Source: Blastocatellia bacterium
GTDB lineage: Bacteria > Acidobacteriota > Blastocatellia > HR10
Assembly (NCBI GenBank): GCA_025055075.1
Contig: JANWYV010000022.1
Coordinates: 3,120-67,119, forward strand
Length of the DNA stretch: 64,000 bases
Reading direction: 5' to 3'
Part shown: in pieces, positions 48,390 through 59,163 of the stretch
How the letters are laid out: each line of letters opens with the position of its first letter
How positions within the stretch are numbered: the first letter of the stretch is position 1
Program-made: the position numbers and the translations under genes
Notes under the pieces: generated by a model
Told to the model about the DNA's origin: nothing
Databases searched by the model: none
Seen by the model: only the letters and a program-made list of their open reading frames with translations

Positions 48390-50338
48390 TGAAGACGTTC
48401 TATGTCACCACGCCCATCTACTACGTCAACAGCTTCCCGCATCTGGGACATCTCTACTCGACATTGGTGGCCGATACGCTCGCCCGCTATAAGCGGCAAT
48501 GCGGGTACGACACGTTCTTCCTGACGGGCACGGATGAGCATGGGCAAAATATCGAACGCATCGCGCGCGAGCGAGGCGTCTCCCCACAGGCGCATTGCGA
48601 TGAGATGGCCGAAGCGTTCAAGGGCATGATTCGGGATTTCGGCCTGGAGCCGAGTTATTTCATTCGCACGTCGGATGCCTATCATCACCGCGGGGCGCAA
48701 GCGTTGTGGCGGCGCGTGCACGAGGCCGGATACATCTACAAGGGACAATACGAGGGCTGGTTCTGTCCGGCCTGTGCGGAATTCAAAGAGGAGGAAGAGC
48801 CGGGACGCCCGCCGCTGTGCGAGCTGCACAATCGTCCGGCGGAACGCGTGGCTGAAGAGAGTTACTTCTTCCGCCTCTCAGCGTTTCAAGATCGGCTGCT
48901 GGCTTATTATCGAGAGCATCCCGAGTGCGTGCGTCCGACCTCGCGCTACAACGAGGTGGTGAGTTTCGTCAAAGGCGGGTTGAAGGACCTCTCGATCAGT
49001 CGTGTCTCGGTTCGATGGGGAGTACCGGTTCCCGAGGATCCGCAGCATACGATGTACGTGTGGTTCGATGCCCTGTCGAATTACATCACGGCATTGGGCT
49101 GGGGGAACGATGGGGAACATTTGCGGGCAGCGGGGATCAGCGAGGGCCCGATCTTCGAACGGTATTGGCCGGCCGACGTGCACATCGTGGGCAAGGACAT
49201 CCTGCGCTTCCACGCCGTCTACTGGCCGGCGTTCTTGATGGCGGCGGGACTGCCGCTGCCGCGCACGGTCTATGCGCACGGGATGTGGCTCTCGGGGGGG
49301 CGCAAGATGTCCAAGACCCTCGGCAACGTCATTGACCTGGCTGTGCTGCGCCGCTTCTTCCCGCGCGATGTCGTGCGCTACTTCTGCTTGCGCGAGATGG
49401 TCTTCGGCGAGGATGCCGATTTCACCTACGGAGCGCTCATCGAGCGCGCGAATGCTGATCTGGCCGATGGGGTGGGGAATCTCGCCAGTCGCACGCTCAC
49501 GATGGTGCAGCGGTTCTGCGGGGGGAGTCTCCCTTCGATCTCGACGCGCGCGTTGGGGGGATACGAGGAGGAGATTCGGGCGGCCATTGAGGCGACGATC
49601 CGCACATTCATCGCCGAATTCGACGCGTACAATTTCAGCCGGGCCTTAGAAGCCGCCTGGGGGCTGATCGCCCGCGTGGATAAATATCTCTCGGACACGA
49701 AGCCATGGGATCTGGCGCGTCGTCCCGAAGAGCGAGCGCGCGTGGAGACCGTGCTCGCCATCGCCGTGCGCGCCCTGCGGGTATTGGCCGTGCTGCTAGC
49801 TCCCGTCCTTCCGGAGACCATGCGCGCGCTCTGGAGGCAGCTGGGACTTCCCGATGAGCCCGCTCACGTGAATCCGATCGCGCTCGAGTTCGAGGCGCCG
49901 ATGGCCGGAGCCCGCATCGGCGAGGTGCGCCCACTCTTTCCCAGGATGGACAAGGAGAGGATTATGGCAGAGATCGAGAGTCAAGGTCATTCGCCGGCAT
50001 CGCCGTCATCGATCACTATTGAGGAATTTGCGCGCGTGGACTTGCGCGCGGGGACTGTGGTCTTCGCCGAGAAGGTGGCGGGAGCGGATAAGCTCCTGCG
50101 ATTGCTGGTAGACATCGGCGAAGCGGAGCCGCGACAGGTCGTCGCGGGGATCGCTCCCTATTACCGACCGGAAGAACTGGTCGGACGAAAGGTGATCCTC
50201 GTGGCGAACTTGCAGCCACGGAAGGTCCGGGGGATCGAATCGCGGGGTATGGTGTTGGCAGCCGTCGTGGGGCCGGAAGAACGTCCGGTGCTCGCTGGAT
50301 TCCTGGAGGACGTGCCAAGCGGGGCGAAGCTGCGATGA
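48389..50338 (+). CDS. metG: Methionyl-tRNA synthetase with C-terminal tRNA-binding (EMAP/Trbp111-like) domain
   Basis: HLGH and KMSKT class I motifs, zinc knuckle CPAC, C-terminal OB-fold (GKVILVANLQPRKVRGIESRGMVLAA). Confidence 0.9.
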   Translation: MKTFYVTTPIYYVNSFPHLGHLYSTLVADTLARYKRQCGYDTFFLTGTDEHGQNIERIARERGVSPQAHCDEMAEAFKGMIRDFGLEPSYFIRTSDAYHHRGAQALWRRVHEAGYIYKGQYEGWFCPACAEFKEEEEPGRPPLCELHNRPAERVAEESYFFRLSAFQDRLLAYYREHPECVRPTSRYNEVVSFVKGGLKDLSISRVSVRWGVPVPEDPQHTMYVWFDALSNYITALGWGNDGEHLRAAGISEGPIFERYWPADVHIVGKDILRFHAVYWPAFLMAAGLPLPRTVYAHGMWLSGGRKMSKTLGNVIDLAVLRRFFPRDVVRYFCLREMVFGEDADFTYGALIERANADLADGVGNLASRTLTMVQRFCGGSLPSISTRALGGYEEEIRAAIEATIRTFIAEFDAYNFSRALEAAWGLIARVDKYLSDTKPWDLARRPEERARVETVLAIAVRALRVLAVLLAPVLPETMRALWRQLGLPDEPAHVNPIALEFEAPMAGARIGEVRPLFPRMDKERIMAEIESQGHSPASPSSITIEEFARVDLRAGTVVFAEKVAGADKLLRLLVDIGEAEPRQVVAGIAPYYRPEELVGRKVILVANLQPRKVRGIESRGMVLAAVVGPEERPVLAGFLEDVPSGAKLR

Positions 50339-51156
50339 GCATCTTCGCGGATGCGCACGCGCATGTGAATGCTCCCGAATTCGATGTTGATCGCCACGAG
50401 GTGCTCGCGCGAGCTCGCGCTGGTGGCGTCGCCGTGATCCTCGATGTCGCATTGAGTGGACCGGAGCCGACGTTCGAGCGCGCGCTCGCCCTCGCGGAGG
50501 CGCACGACGGGATCTATCTGGCGCTCGGCGTTCATCCCCACGATGCGAAGACGTACACGGCGGACTTGGAAGAGCGATTGCTCGCGCTGTCTGCTCATCC
50601 CAAGGTCATCGCCTGGGGGGAGATCGGGCTCGATTACCACTACGATCATTCTCCTCGTCCGGTGCAGCGCGAGGTCTTCCGTCGGCAACTGCAGGTGGCC
50701 GAACGTCGAGGGCTCCCCGTCATCATCCATTCGCGCGAAGCGGAGGCCGATACCCTCGCGCTCTTGCAGGAGCATGGGCCTCGCGTGCGCGGTATGATGC
50801 ATTGCTTCACGGGGAGCTTGGAGATGGCGCGCCGATGCGTGGAGTTGGGGTTGTACATTTCGTTCTCGGGCATCATCACGTTTCGGAATGCGTCGGCGCT
50901 CGTCGAAGTGGTCCGCGCATTGCCGCGCGAGCGCATCCTGATCGAGACCGATTGCCCCTATCTGGCTCCCGTCCCCTATCGCGGGAAGCGGAACGAACCG
51001 CTCTTTGTGCGCGAGGTCGCTCGTCGGCTCGCCGACGTGTGGGGAGAATCGCTGGAGGCTGTCGCCCGGCAGACGACGGAGAATTTTCTCGCGCTCTTCG
51101 CCGATCGTCTGCAGCCTCGCGATGTGCGGCGCTTGCGGGGAGACGGCGCGTTTTGA
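50335..51156 (+). CDS. tatD: TatD-family metal-dependent DNase/hydrolase
   Basis: HAHVN, GEIGLDYH and IHSREA motifs. ATGA overlap with metG. Confidence 0.85.
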   Translation: MSIFADAHAHVNAPEFDVDRHEVLARARAGGVAVILDVALSGPEPTFERALALAEAHDGIYLALGVHPHDAKTYTADLEERLLALSAHPKVIAWGEIGLDYHYDHSPRPVQREVFRRQLQVAERRGLPVIIHSREAEADTLALLQEHGPRVRGMMHCFTGSLEMARRCVELGLYISFSGIITFRNASALVEVVRALPRERILIETDCPYLAPVPYRGKRNEPLFVREVARRLADVWGESLEAVARQTTENFLALFADRLQPRDVRRLRGDGAF

Positions 51157-51191
51157 AGTTCGGGCTGTTCTTCGCATTCCATCGGGCGAGG

Positions 51192-52382
51192 ATGTCGGGG
51201 ATGCGTGGAGAACGGGAGATCGCGCATGCGGATCTCATTCGGGGATTGAGACAATTCGCGACGTTGCGGGCGCTCTATGCTTCGGACTTCTACCGTCGGC
51301 ACGCCGAGCGACTGCGCGCGCTTCTGGAGACCGTGCAGTGGTACGTGCGCGATGGCGTGCGGCCGCGCGTGCGCGCGTTCTTGCGCGCTGTTCAGTGGAA
51401 CATCGAGAAGGGAAAGCGCTTCGAAGGTCTGCGCCATCTTCTGGAGACGCATCCCATTTTGCGAGAGGCCGATCTGCTCTTCCTCAACGAAGTGGATCAC
51501 GGTATGAACCGATCGGGGAATCGAGACATCACCGAGGCGCTCAGTCGCTCGCTCGGGATGCACGGCGTCTTCGCGCCCGCGTATGTGGAGTTGACTAAAG
51601 GCGTCGGGGCCGAACGCGAGCTGCCCGGGGAGAATACGACGGCGTTGCAGGGCAATGCCATCTTGTCGCGCTATCCCGTGCGCGCGGCGCGGATTCTCTC
51701 GCTCCCGCAGTGCTTCGAATATTTCGAGTTTGGTGAGAAGCGCTTCGGTCGGCGGATCGCCCTGATCGCGGATGTAGAGCTGCCGGGAGGGAAACTTTTG
51801 CGCGCCGTCTGCACGCACCTGGAGACGCGCACGACGCCGCGCGAGCGCGCGCGACAGATGGCGGCGATCCTCGATGCCTTGGAGGGGACGGACGTCCCCG
51901 TGCTGCTGGCTGGCGATTGGAATACGAGCACGTTCGCGCGAGGCACGCGATGGCGCGCGCTTCGGGAATTGTTGCGCATTCTGTTGTGTTCGGCCGAGCG
52001 CATGCAACGCGACCTTCGCTATCCCGATCGCGGGCGCGAGCCGCTCTTCGACGTATTGCGCCAGCGCGGCTATCACTACCGCGAGTGGAATGACGAAACG
52101 CCGACACACATCCTTCCGGTCGAAGTCGCCGAAGATGCGCACTACGTGCCGGGATTCTCGCACGCGTGGGTGATCCGCAAGTACCAGCCGTATGGCTGTC
52201 GGATCGGACTTCGGCTCGATTGGTTCGCCGCGCGCGCGTTGCGTCCGCTCGCTGAGGGAGAAGTTCAAGATGGGGAGTCCGGAGTGTCGAGCGTGCGTCC
52301 GCAGACGCTCTCGGGCTTGACGTATCAGGAGCAACCGGTCTCGGATCACGCGCCCATCGTCGTGGATGTGGCGCTTCCGTAA
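51192..52382 (+). CDS. Endonuclease/exonuclease/phosphatase (EEP) family protein
   Basis: EEP catalytic motifs (LLFLNEVD, LAGDWNT, SDHAPIVVDV). The track ORF extends upstream in frame across tatD; start chosen at the first ATG after the tatD stop. Confidence 0.65.
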   Translation: MSGMRGEREIAHADLIRGLRQFATLRALYASDFYRRHAERLRALLETVQWYVRDGVRPRVRAFLRAVQWNIEKGKRFEGLRHLLETHPILREADLLFLNEVDHGMNRSGNRDITEALSRSLGMHGVFAPAYVELTKGVGAERELPGENTTALQGNAILSRYPVRAARILSLPQCFEYFEFGEKRFGRRIALIADVELPGGKLLRAVCTHLETRTTPRERARQMAAILDALEGTDVPVLLAGDWNTSTFARGTRWRALRELLRILLCSAERMQRDLRYPDRGREPLFDVLRQRGYHYREWNDETPTHILPVEVAEDAHYVPGFSHAWVIRKYQPYGCRIGLRLDWFAARALRPLAEGEVQDGESGVSSVRPQTLSGLTYQEQPVSDHAPIVVDVALP

Positions 52383-52417
52383 GGGCCGTGCTACACTTCC
52401 CGAGCAAGGGAGGGGTG

Positions 52418-52948
52418 ATGCGGCGGTTGCTGAACCTGGGGCGCGAGCTTTCGATCGTCGTGAGCGCGCTCGTCGTCTTCGTCCTGAGCGCTTCGGTCGC
52501 GATGTATCTTGTGCTGCGTCAGCCGGTCGTGCGGACTCCGGCTTTGGTGGGCAAGCCGCTCTCGGAAGCTGAACGCATGGCCGAGCGCACGGGCTTGAAG
52601 CTTCAGGTGAAAGGCACCGTCTACGACGAGCGCTATCCGGCCCAGTTCATCGTTGAGCAATGGCCGCCGCCGGGGATGAGCGTCAAGCGCGGTCAGCCAC
52701 TGCGCGTCAACGTGAGCTTGGGACCGCGTCCTTCCGATCGCGCGCCGTCGCCGGAAGCCATGGAGCGAAAAGCCCCTGGTTCCGGCGAACGATCATCATC
52801 GGAGCCGGCTTCTCTCGAAGCGGGAGAGGCACAACCTCACGCTTCGTCTCCTCCGTTGACTGAGGAGCGCCCGCCGTTCGCCTCGCCGGAGTTGAAAGCG
52901 CGTGGCGAGCCATCCGAGCCTTCGCCACAGAGGAGGCCGGAGCGATGA
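52418..52948 (+). CDS. Membrane-anchored single-PASTA-domain protein with Pro/Ser/Glu-rich tail
   Basis: One TM segment, then a PASTA fold (VRTPALVGKPLSEAERMAERTGLKLQVKGTVYDERYPAQFIVEQWPPPGMSVKRGQPLRVNVSLG), then a low-complexity tail. GGGAGGGG RBS. Confidence 0.6.
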   Translation: MRRLLNLGRELSIVVSALVVFVLSASVAMYLVLRQPVVRTPALVGKPLSEAERMAERTGLKLQVKGTVYDERYPAQFIVEQWPPPGMSVKRGQPLRVNVSLGPRPSDRAPSPEAMERKAPGSGERSSSEPASLEAGEAQPHASSPPLTEERPPFASPELKARGEPSEPSPQRRPER

Positions 52949-53622
52949 TTCACATCGCCCCATCCATTCTCTCAGCGGATTTCGCGCGTTTGGGGGAGCA
53001 GATCGCTTTGGTGGAGCGAGCCGGGGCTTCTCTCATTCACATTGATGTGATGGACGGGCGCTTCGTTCCCAACATCACCGTCGGACCGCTGGTGGTGGAG
53101 GCCGTTCGTCGAGTGACGACGTTGCCGCTGGACGTGCATCTGATGATCGTCGAGCCGGAGCGTTACCTGGAGGACTTCGCGCGCGCTGGGGCGAACTATA
53201 TCTCGGTCCATGTGGAGGCGAGTCCGCATTTACATCGGACGCTCACGCGAATTCGCGAGCTGGGTTGCCGCGCGGGCATCGCTTTGAATCCCGCCACGCC
53301 CCTGTGGGCCATCGAGGAAGCGCTGGAGTATGCCGATTTCGTCCTGCTCATGTCGGTGAATCCGGGATGGGGAGGACAGCGATTCATCCCCGCATCGCTC
53401 GATCGCGCGCGGCGCTTACGCGCGATGATCCGCGAGCGCGGTCTTCTGACGCGGATCGAGATGGATGGAGGGATCGGTGTGGAGAACCTCATGGAGGTCC
53501 TGGAAGGCGGGGTCGAGATGGTCGTAGCCGGATCGGCGATTTTCGCGGCGCCCGACCCTGCCCAAGTCGTCGCAGAGATGGTAGAATTAGCTCGACGCTT
53601 CGAGAGGCGAACAACGTGTTGA
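52945..53622 (+). CDS. rpe: Ribulose-phosphate 3-epimerase
   Basis: IAPSILSADFARLGE...HIDVMDGRFVPN...MSVNPGWGGQ. Confidence 0.9.
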   Translation: MIHIAPSILSADFARLGEQIALVERAGASLIHIDVMDGRFVPNITVGPLVVEAVRRVTTLPLDVHLMIVEPERYLEDFARAGANYISVHVEASPHLHRTLTRIRELGCRAGIALNPATPLWAIEEALEYADFVLLMSVNPGWGGQRFIPASLDRARRLRAMIRERGLLTRIEMDGGIGVENLMEVLEGGVEMVVAGSAIFAAPDPAQVVAEMVELARRFERRTTC

Positions 53623-53630
53623 GGGGGATC

Positions 53631-54791
53631 ATGAGGGACAAACGGCTTGCGTTGATCATCCTGCTCGCTTCCGCCGCCCTGCTCCTTGGCGGATGCGGTC
53701 GTGGCAAGAAGGTCGTCTTGGAGGAAGCGCGACCTGGGCGCGATAAGGAGCTGTTCGAGCAGGGATTGACGGAGTTGAGCAAGAACAAATTCATCGTCGG
53801 GCGTTTGCTGCTGCAAACGCTTATCACGACGTATCCGGATAGTCCCTATCTGCCGATCGCCAAACTCGCCATTGCCGATTCGTTCTATCTGGAGGGAACG
53901 TCGGAAGCGCTCGCGCAGGCGGAAGTCGAATACACCGATTTCGCCAATTTCTTCCCCACGCACCCGTTGGCGGATGACGCGCTCTTGCAGGTGGCACTGG
54001 CGAAGATGCGACGCATTCAGCCGCCGGATCGCGATCAGAAGCCGACGCGTGAGGCCGAGCGCCGATTGTTGGCCGTCTTGCAGCGCTATCCGAACACGGA
54101 TCGCAAGGACGAGGTTCAGCAGTGGCTGAAGGCCGTTCGAGACGTCCTCGCCGAGCACGAGATGTACGTCGCCCGCCACTACATGATCCGCGAGCGTCCG
54201 CGCGGGGCGAAGCGTCGGTTGATGACGATCATCGAGCGCTATCCCACGTACTCGAAATTCGACGAAGCGCTCTACCGGCTTGGTACGGTCCTCTTCCAGG
54301 AAGAGGAGCCGGAGGAAGCCGCCAAATATTTCGCGTGGTTGGTGCGCGAGTTCCCCAACAGCGAATATCGGCGTCAGGCGGCTGAGATGCTGGAGCGTAT
54401 CGGCAAGCCTGTGCCCGAAGTGGATCCAGCCGAGATCGCTCGTGCCGACGGATCGGCGAACAAGGGCTTCCTCAGCGCGATGTGGGGGAAGATGAAGACG
54501 GTGTTGGGGATCGTGGATTTGGATGTCCCCAAAGAGGGGGTGCTGCTCAGGCGGGGCGAGACGGCTGAAGAACTGATCGCTTCGGCAACGGCGCTTCTGC
54601 CAACGCAGACGGTCATCACCCCACAAGCCACGACGGTCGTCGTCGGTCCGACCGCACCGGCCGGAGCAGGGGGCACGGCCCAAGGGCGACAGGAATTGCG
54701 CATCGGCGTGACGACGGGTTCGGAGACCTCCTCACCTGATGCCAAGGCGAAGGAAAAGAAGGACGAGAGGAAGAGGCCGGAGAAGAAGTGA
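53631..54791 (+). CDS. bamD: Outer-membrane assembly lipoprotein BamD-like (TPR lipoprotein) with Lys/Glu-rich C-terminal tail
   Basis: Lipobox LLGGC. BamD/YfiO-like TPR region (LPIAKLAIADSFYLEG...YTDFANFFPTHPLADDALLQVALA). 386 aa. Confidence 0.7.
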   Translation: MRDKRLALIILLASAALLLGGCGRGKKVVLEEARPGRDKELFEQGLTELSKNKFIVGRLLLQTLITTYPDSPYLPIAKLAIADSFYLEGTSEALAQAEVEYTDFANFFPTHPLADDALLQVALAKMRRIQPPDRDQKPTREAERRLLAVLQRYPNTDRKDEVQQWLKAVRDVLAEHEMYVARHYMIRERPRGAKRRLMTIIERYPTYSKFDEALYRLGTVLFQEEEPEEAAKYFAWLVREFPNSEYRRQAAEMLERIGKPVPEVDPAEIARADGSANKGFLSAMWGKMKTVLGIVDLDVPKEGVLLRRGETAEELIASATALLPTQTVITPQATTVVVGPTAPAGAGGTAQGRQELRIGVTTGSETSSPDAKAKEKKDERKRPEKK

Positions 54792-54956
54792 GATGGGGGT
54801 CGGTCTGGACCGCGGCCATCACGAAGGTCGTCAGAACGATTCCAAGGTGCTCGCACGGGTGTGACGAGGAAAATCCGCCCGTGTGGATCCTTCATCCGCA
54901 GGGGATCAGCCGATGAAGTCGCGCGTGATCCCCAATTTTTTTGAGAGGGAAGGGCG

Positions 54957-57644
54957 ATGTCGGAGCTGCCGAAGGCCTATGATCCACATGAGGTCGAACG
55001 GCGATGGTACCGAATTTGGGAAGAGCGAGGATATTTTCGCCCGGAAATGCGGCCCGAAGGACCGCCGTTCGCCATCGTTTTGCCCCCGCCGAATGTGACC
55101 GGGCATCTGCATATCGGGCATGCACTCAATCACACGCTTCAAGACGTCGTCGTGCGTTGGCGGCGCATGTGTGGGGATCGGGTCCTCTGGGTGCCGGGGA
55201 CGGATCATGCGGGGATCGCCACACAGGTCGTCGTGGAGCGAGAGTTGGCTAAGGAGGGGGTGACGCGCCAACAGTTGGGGCGCGAGGCGTTCGAACAGCG
55301 CGTCTGGCAGTGGCGCGAGCACAGTGGCGGCGTGATCCTGCAGCAGATGCGACGCGAAGGCATCTCGGTGGACTGGACGCGCGAGGCGTTCACTCTCGAT
55401 GCCCCGCGGTCGCGCGCTGTCATCGAGGCGTTCGTCCGGCTCTACGAGGAAGGCCTCATCTATCGAGGCGAGTACATCATCAATTGGTGCCCGCGCTGTC
55501 AGACGGCGCTCTCGGATCTGGAAGCGCCCAAACGGGAAGTGCGCGGGCGGCTCTATTACATCGCGTATGCTTTGAAAGAGGAGCCGAGCGCCGCGCCCTC
55601 CGAGCGAGCCTTGGTGATCGCGACGACGCGCCCGGAGACGATGTTCGGCGATACTGCGGTCGCCGTCCATCCGGACGATGAGCGATATCGGCATCTGATC
55701 GGTCGGACGGCCATCCTTCCCTTCGTGCATCGCGAAGTGCCGATCTTGGCCGATACCCGCGTGGAACGGGAGTTCGGGACGGGCGCGGTCAAGATCACGC
55801 CCGCGCATGATCCGGTGGATTTCGAGATCGGAAGGACGCATGGATTGCCGCGCGTCCTCGCGCTCGATCAGGCTGGGCGCATGACGGAAGCCGCCGGGCC
55901 CTTCGCGGGTCTGGATCGGTTCGAGGCGCGTCGGCGCGTGGTGGAGGAGTTGGAGAAGCTGGGGCAATTGGTGCGCGTCGAAGAGCACACCCATGCCGTC
56001 GGCCATTGTCAGCGATGTGAGACGGTCATCGAGCCGCTCGTCTCCACGCAATGGTTCTTGCACGTGAAGCCACTCGCGGAGGAGGCCATTCGCGCTGTTC
56101 GAGAGGGACGGACGCGCATTCTGCCGGAGAATTGGACCAAGGTCTATTTTGAGTGGCTGGAGAACATCCGCGATTGGTGCATCAGTCGGCAGTTGTGGTG
56201 GGGGCATCGCATCCCGGCTTGGTATTGTGCGGAGGGGCATGTCACCGTCGCCCGGCACACGCCCGCGGCGTGCACCGCTTGCGGCCGCACGGAATTGCGG
56301 CAGGATGAAGATGTGCTCGACACGTGGTTCAGCTCGGCGCTCTGGCCCTTCTCGACGCTCGGGTGGCCCGAGGATACGGAAGACTTACGCACCTTCTATC
56401 CCACGTCGCTCTTGGTCACCGGCTTCGACATCCTCTTCTTCTGGGTCGCGCGCATGATGATGATGGGGTTGAAATTCATGACGGATCATCCCTCGCGCGC
56501 ACATGCTCGCGATCCTGACGCCGTCCCATTTCGCGTCGTGCTCATTCACGGACTCGTGCGCGATCCGTATGGGCAGAAGATGTCCAAGACGCGTGGCAAC
56601 GTCATTGATCCTCTGGAGGTCTTCGAGCGCTATGGGACCGATGCCGTGCGCTTCACGCTATTGGCCTCGGCGGCGCCGGGCAACGACATCTCGTTGCAGT
56701 ATTCGAAGCTGGAGACGTATCGGAACTTCTGCAATAAGATTTGGAACGCCGCGCGCTTCGTCTTGATGCACACTGATGCGACGGACGTCGCATCTTCGAC
56801 CGATGAGGTGCCGCTGACGCTCGCCGATCGGTGGATGCAGAGCGTCTTGCATCGAACGATCGCCGAAGTCACGCGCGATCTCGAAGAATTTCGCTTTCAC
56901 GAGGCCGCGCATCGGCTCTATCACTTCTTCTGGCACGACTTCTGCGACTGGTATTTGGAGTTGCAGAAGGGCGCGGCCACGCAAGCTGAAGATTCGCCGC
57001 AGCGACGGGCAGCGCGCCAGCGCTTGCGCGAGGTCCTAGAGACGGCGCTGCGACTGCTGCATCCCTTCATGCCCTTCATCACCGAGGAGCTGTGGCAGCG
57101 TCTGCCGCATCATGGGGAGACGATCTGCCTAGCGCCCTATCCGACGTCGAATCCCATGCGCATTGATCCGGTGGCCGAACGGCGCATGGAGACGATCATC
57201 GAAGTCATCACGAAGGTGCGGAACATTCGCGCGGTGATGAATATTGATCCGGCCAAGGAGCTACGGCTGTTGGTGCGTCCCTCGACGGCAGAGGCGGCGG
57301 CCTTGATCGAGGAGCAGGATGCGGCGATTCGCCGCTTGGCGCGCGTGGAGCGGATCGAGTGTGTCGCGTCGCTGGATGGATATGGGCAAGTGGCACGCGA
57401 TGTGGCGAACGAGATTGAGTTGGCCGTGCCTCTGGAGGGTCTCATTGATGTGGAGCGGGAGCGGGAGCGGCTTCGTCGTACCGTTGAGAAACTGGAGAAG
57501 GAGTTGGAGCAACTCGAACGTCGCTTGGCCAATGCCGATTTCCTGGAGCGAGCGCCGGAGGAGGTCGTGCGAGAGACGCGCGAGCGCCATGAGGAAGTGA
57601 GCGAGCGCCGGCAGCGGCTTCTGGCGATCCTCGAGGGATTGTGA
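54957..57644 (+). CDS. valS: Valyl-tRNA synthetase
   Basis: [14 protein letters not shown] and KMSKTRGN class I motifs. C-terminal coiled coil. 895 aa. Confidence 0.9.
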   Translation: MSELPKAYDPHEVERRWYRIWEERGYFRPEMRPEGPPFAIVLPPPNVTGHLHIGHALNHTLQDVVVRWRRMCGDRVLWVPGTDHAGIATQVVVERELAKEGVTRQQLGREAFEQRVWQWREHSGGVILQQMRREGISVDWTREAFTLDAPRSRAVIEAFVRLYEEGLIYRGEYIINWCPRCQTALSDLEAPKREVRGRLYYIAYALKEEPSAAPSERALVIATTRPETMFGDTAVAVHPDDERYRHLIGRTAILPFVHREVPILADTRVEREFGTGAVKITPAHDPVDFEIGRTHGLPRVLALDQAGRMTEAAGPFAGLDRFEARRRVVEELEKLGQLVRVEEHTHAVGHCQRCETVIEPLVSTQWFLHVKPLAEEAIRAVREGRTRILPENWTKVYFEWLENIRDWCISRQLWWGHRIPAWYCAEGHVTVARHTPAACTACGRTELRQDEDVLDTWFSSALWPFSTLGWPEDTEDLRTFYPTSLLVTGFDILFFWVARMMMMGLKFMTDHPSRAHARDPDAVPFRVVLIHGLVRDPYGQKMSKTRGNVIDPLEVFERYGTDAVRFTLLASAAPGNDISLQYSKLETYRNFCNKIWNAARFVLMHTDATDVASSTDEVPLTLADRWMQSVLHRTIAEVTRDLEEFRFHEAAHRLYHFFWHDFCDWYLELQKGAATQAEDSPQRRAARQRLREVLETALRLLHPFMPFITEELWQRLPHHGETICLAPYPTSNPMRIDPVAERRMETIIEVITKVRNIRAVMNIDPAKELRLLVRPSTAEAAALIEEQDAAIRRLARVERIECVASLDGYGQVARDVANEIELAVPLEGLIDVERERERLRRTVEKLEKELEQLERRLANADFLERAPEEVVRETRERHEEVSERRQRLLAILEGL

Positions 57645-57679
57645 GCGCCCTCGGGATGACGATGCGGAGGGAGGGGCCG

Positions 57680-58531
57680 ATGCGACTGAATCCGTCCGAC
57701 CTCTTCAAATTGGCGGGAGATTTCCTGGCCGAGGATGTCGGTCGAGGGGATATTACGACGGAGGCCGTCGTGCTGCCTGGGGTGAGGGCGCGCGGCCGCT
57801 TCATCGCCAAGCAGGATTTGGTCGTCGCCGGACTCGAGGTGGCCGATGCCGTCTTCGCCGTCCTCGATTCCTCGGTGGAGATCGAAGCGTTCGTCACCGA
57901 TGGGGATCGCGTGCGCGCCGGAGACGTTTTCGCGCGCGTGGAGGGGCCGGCCGAGGTCTTGCTCGCTGCCGAGCGTACGGCGCTCAATCTCCTGCAGCAT
58001 CTCTCCGGCATCGCGACGCTGACGCGCGCTTTCGTCGAGGCCGTGGCCGGAACGCGCGCGCAGATCGTGGACACGCGCAAGACGCTGCCGGGCCTGCGCA
58101 TGCTTCAGAAATACGCCGTGGTCGTAGGCGGTGGACGCAATCATCGGTTCGGCCTGGACGACGGCGTCCTCATCAAGGACAATCACATCGCGTTGGCCGG
58201 GAGCGTGCGCACGGCTGTCGAACGCGCGCGCAAGTATGCCGGCCATATGCATAAGATCGAGGTCGAAGTCTCCAATATGGAGGATTTGCAAGAGGCGCTC
58301 GATGCTCGCGCCGATATCATCCTGCTCGATAACATGTCGCCGGAGGAAGTGCGCGAGGCCGTGCGTCTGATCCGCGAGCGCGCCCCGGAGGTCTTGGTGG
58401 AAGCGTCCGGAGGGATCACTCTGGAGAACGTGCGCGCCTATGCCGAAGCGGGCGTGGACTTCATCTCCATCGGTGCGCTGACCCATTCGGCGCCCGCTGC
58501 CGACATCAGCATGAAGCTCACGACGCTCTAG
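57680..58531 (+). CDS. nadC: Nicotinate-nucleotide pyrophosphorylase (carboxylating)
   Basis: QAPRTase family motifs (DITTEA, TRKTLPGLR, IKDNHIALAG, LLDNMSPEE). GGAGGGAGGGG RBS. Confidence 0.85.
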   Translation: MRLNPSDLFKLAGDFLAEDVGRGDITTEAVVLPGVRARGRFIAKQDLVVAGLEVADAVFAVLDSSVEIEAFVTDGDRVRAGDVFARVEGPAEVLLAAERTALNLLQHLSGIATLTRAFVEAVAGTRAQIVDTRKTLPGLRMLQKYAVVVGGGRNHRFGLDDGVLIKDNHIALAGSVRTAVERARKYAGHMHKIEVEVSNMEDLQEALDARADIILLDNMSPEEVREAVRLIRERAPEVLVEASGGITLENVRAYAEAGVDFISIGALTHSAPAADISMKLTTL

Positions 58532-58602
58532 GGGGAACTTTGCTCCGAAAGCCTCGGCGATGTAACCAAATCCCTCGGGCCGACGTCTGAAAGGACGTAG
58601 CT

Positions 58603-59151
58603 ATGGCGAGGAGGCGTATGCGACGAGCGATCAACGTGATGGGATTCGTTTTGGTCGTCGGCTTGGCCGGAAGCGCCTGGGCGCAGCAAGCGCGGCGCAA
58701 TGAACGCGGGACCGCTCCGATCATCCCCGTGACGGCTCAAGAGCTGCTCACCCGAGTGCGCGACGGAAAGGCTCGCGTGACCGTCGTCAACCTCTGGGCG
58801 ACCTTCTGCCAACCCTGTGTCGAGGAGTTCCCGGATCTGGTTCGGTTGGAGAAGGCCTATCGGAATCAAGGCGTGCGCGTGTTCTTCGTCTCGGCGGACT
58901 TCGATTCAGACCTTCCGGCCGTGCGCCGATTCCTACAGAAGCATGGCGTGACATATCCGACGTTCTTGAAAGCCCAGGACGACGATAATGCCTTCATCAC
59001 GACGCTTCATCCGGATTGGTCGGGGGCGCTCCCGGCCACGTTCATTTATGACGCCCAAGGCCGATTGCGCCATTTTCACGAAGGCAAGGGCGATTTCGCC
59101 TTGTTTGAGCGGTTGGTTCAAGAAGTGCTGCGAAATCCAAATCCAGAATGA
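58603..59151 (+). CDS. TlpA-like periplasmic thiol:disulfide oxidoreductase (redoxin)
   Basis: Signal peptide and a WATFCQPC CxxC motif in a thioredoxin fold. Confidence 0.75.
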   Translation: MARRRMRRAINVMGFVLVVGLAGSAWAQQARRNERGTAPIIPVTAQELLTRVRDGKARVTVVNLWATFCQPCVEEFPDLVRLEKAYRNQGVRVFFVSADFDSDLPAVRRFLQKHGVTYPTFLKAQDDDNAFITTLHPDWSGALPATFIYDAQGRLRHFHEGKGDFALFERLVQEVLRNPNPE

Positions 59152-59163
59152 GGAGGTGAGCTT

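Noticed and set aside
54792-54956. T-box or other leader riboswitch upstream of valS
   Set aside because: The 165-nt gap is short for a T-box. No specifier-loop or T-box consensus (AATTAGGGTGGNACCGCG-like) could be found. There is only an imperfect GC hairpin.
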